DNA of 8,044 nucleotides from a virus (Duplodnaviria; Heunggongvirae; Uroviricota; Caudoviricetes): IMG/VR virus record IMGVR_UViG_2639762982_000010; one strand, 5' to 3'. Shown piece by piece: positions 7,251 to 8,044 of this stretch (position 1 is its first letter; each line of letters starts with the position of its first letter). The notes under the pieces were generated by a model. It saw only the letters and a program-made list of their open reading frames with translations, ran no database searches and was not told where the DNA came from. The position numbers and the translations under genes were made by a program.

Positions 7251-7502
7251 TTATTCTCCTGAAAAAGCAGAAAAGCCAGCTTTTATTCCGATCTCTTTCA
7301 ATGCCTGTAATGAAGTGACAAACTCACCTTCGCGCAAGATAAATCCGTCCGTGACCCGAGCATCCACAAAATTAATTAACGCAGCCCCATTCTTTCGCAA
7401 ACACATAATGCGGTAATGACTAACAAGATTTCCATTTTCAACGCACACAGCATAGAGGCCATCTTCACAAAAAATTTTACGCAGTTCTTCGATGTTCATC
7501 AT
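7251..7502 (-). CDS. rem: Prophage protein Rem (83 aa, function unknown)
   Basis: Track ORF. ATG at 7502 with RBS GGAAGGA 5 nt upstream. Product MMNIEELRKIFCEDGLYAVCVENGNLVSHYRIMCLRKNGAALINFVDARVTDGFILREGEFVTSLQALKEIGIKAGFSAFSGE. Size and position between hokD and ydfU fit my recollection of rem. Confidence 0.8.
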   Translation of the reverse strand: MMNIEELRKIFCEDGLYAVCVENGNLVSHYRIMCLRKNGAALINFVDARVTDGFILREGEFVTSLQALKEIGIKAGFSAFSGE

Positions 7503-7616
7503 CAGAATCCTTCCGGATAATTAGCTCTCCCCTTTAAGGGACCATCCCTCTTATCCCTGCGCGCTACTTAAGTATTTTTGATTCTATTCCGGCACCGTCC
7601 AGAACTTCAAACGCGT

Positions 7617-7650
7617 TGAAAATAAAAACAAAAACCCGCCGAAGCGGGTT
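7617..7650 (-). terminator. Intrinsic terminator of the relBE-hokD transcript (minus strand)
   Basis: 7-bp stem aacccgc/gcgggtt (7633-7639 / 7644-7650) with UUCG loop on the minus strand, followed on that strand by TTTTGTTTTTATTTT. Lies 69 nt past the hokD stop. Confidence 0.65.
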
Positions 7651-7718
7651 AAGTGCGGGTGCGTTGAGGATGCCTGCCACATCAGAGGTGGCGAGGGATT
7701 TCTCCCCCGCCGGGTCTC

Positions 7719-7874
7719 TTACTCCTCAGGTTCGTAAGCTGTGAAGACAGCGACCTCCGTCTGGCCGGTTCGGATTCGTACCTCGCAGAGGTCTTTCCTC
7801 GTTACCAGTGCCGTCACTATGACGGTTAAACAGATGACGATCAGGGCGATTAACATCGCCTTTTGCTGCTTCAT
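7719..7874 (-). CDS. hokD: Hok-family type I toxin HokD/RelF (51 aa)
   Basis: Hand translation: MKQQKAMLIALIVICLTVIVTALVTRKDLCEVRIRTGQTEVAVFTAYEPEE. ATG at 7874-7872, TAA at 7721-7719, RBS AGGAG 9 nt upstream. Not in the ORF track (too short). Single N-terminal transmembrane helix typical of Hok. Confidence 0.9.
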   Translation of the reverse strand: MKQQKAMLIALIVICLTVIVTALVTRKDLCEVRIRTGQTEVAVFTAYEPEE

Positions 7875-7945
7875 AGCCTGCTTCTCCTGTCAACGCAAAG
7901 CAGAAGTGTCACCTTCGGTGCGAAACAGAGATGTCATGCTTTGGT

Positions 7946-8044
7946 TCAGAGAATGCGTTTGACCGCCTCGCTATATACTTCCGAGCGTTCTCTTTTCCCA
8001 ACAGAAATCACGAAAACGACAACTTTCTCGTCTATAACCTGGTA
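7946..8044 (-). CDS. relE: RelE toxin (type II TA mRNA interferase), 3' end only; 5' end lies beyond the window
   Basis: Minus-strand translation from the window edge gives YQVIDEKVVVFVISVGKRERSEVYSEAVKRIL then TGA (7948-7946), matching the RelE C-terminus as I recall it. The hokD start is 71 nt downstream. Confidence 0.85.
   Translation of the reverse strand, partial: YQVIDEKVVVFVISVGKRERSEVYSEAVKRIL

Noticed and set aside
6831-7318. Plus-strand ORFs 6831-7244 (137 aa) and 7106-7318 (70 aa)
   Set aside because: They are antisense to the 92-aa ORF, the ydfU 5' end and rem; products are Arg/Pro-rich and low complexity; no RBS.
7527-7545. Palindrome CCCTTTAAGGG upstream of rem
   Set aside because: Only a 5-bp stem with a 1-nt centre: too short for a hairpin, and with no second copy or flanking promoter elements I cannot call it an operator.
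7741-7962. Plus-strand ORF 7741-7962 (73 aa) antisense to hokD
   Set aside because: It is the antisense shadow of hokD and the relE 3' end. Canonical Sok is an untranslated RNA further upstream, so this ORF is not evidence for an antitoxin.

Overview
This window reads as the late/lysis region of a cryptic lambdoid prophage of Escherichia coli. Gene content and order match what I recall for the Qin prophage of E. coli K-12: gnsB, ynfN, cspI, rzpQ/rzoQ, rrrQ, ydfR, essQ, ynfU, cspB, cspF, quuQ, ydfU, rem, hokD, relE (3' end only). Gene names come from memory, not alignment. Almost everything is on the minus strand, so transcription runs right to left: relBE-hokD operon tail, rem, a DUF968 protein (ydfU), antiterminator Q, then cold-shock genes cspF/cspB sitting between Q and the lysis cassette, then pinholin, ydfR, SAR endolysin and Rz/Rz1 spanins, then cspI, ynfN and gnsB. 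The first ~110 nt are a poly-C low-complexity tract that looks like a contig-end artifact. I found no CRISPR array, tRNA/rRNA, transposase or integrase, and nothing that convincingly looks like a previously undescribed system. The leads worth a second look are: (1) a 92-aa ORF with a strong RBS immediately upstream of ydfU and stop-start coupled to it (unannotated gene or split gene); (2) a 29-aa hydrophobic peptide ORF with a strong RBS just downstream of cspF; (3) a candidate late promoter plus short-transcript terminator downstream of Q, implying the late transcript must cross the csp genes to reach the holin; (4) uncertain start of ynfN. All coordinates were derived by hand translation; promoter and terminator calls are sequence-pattern inferences.
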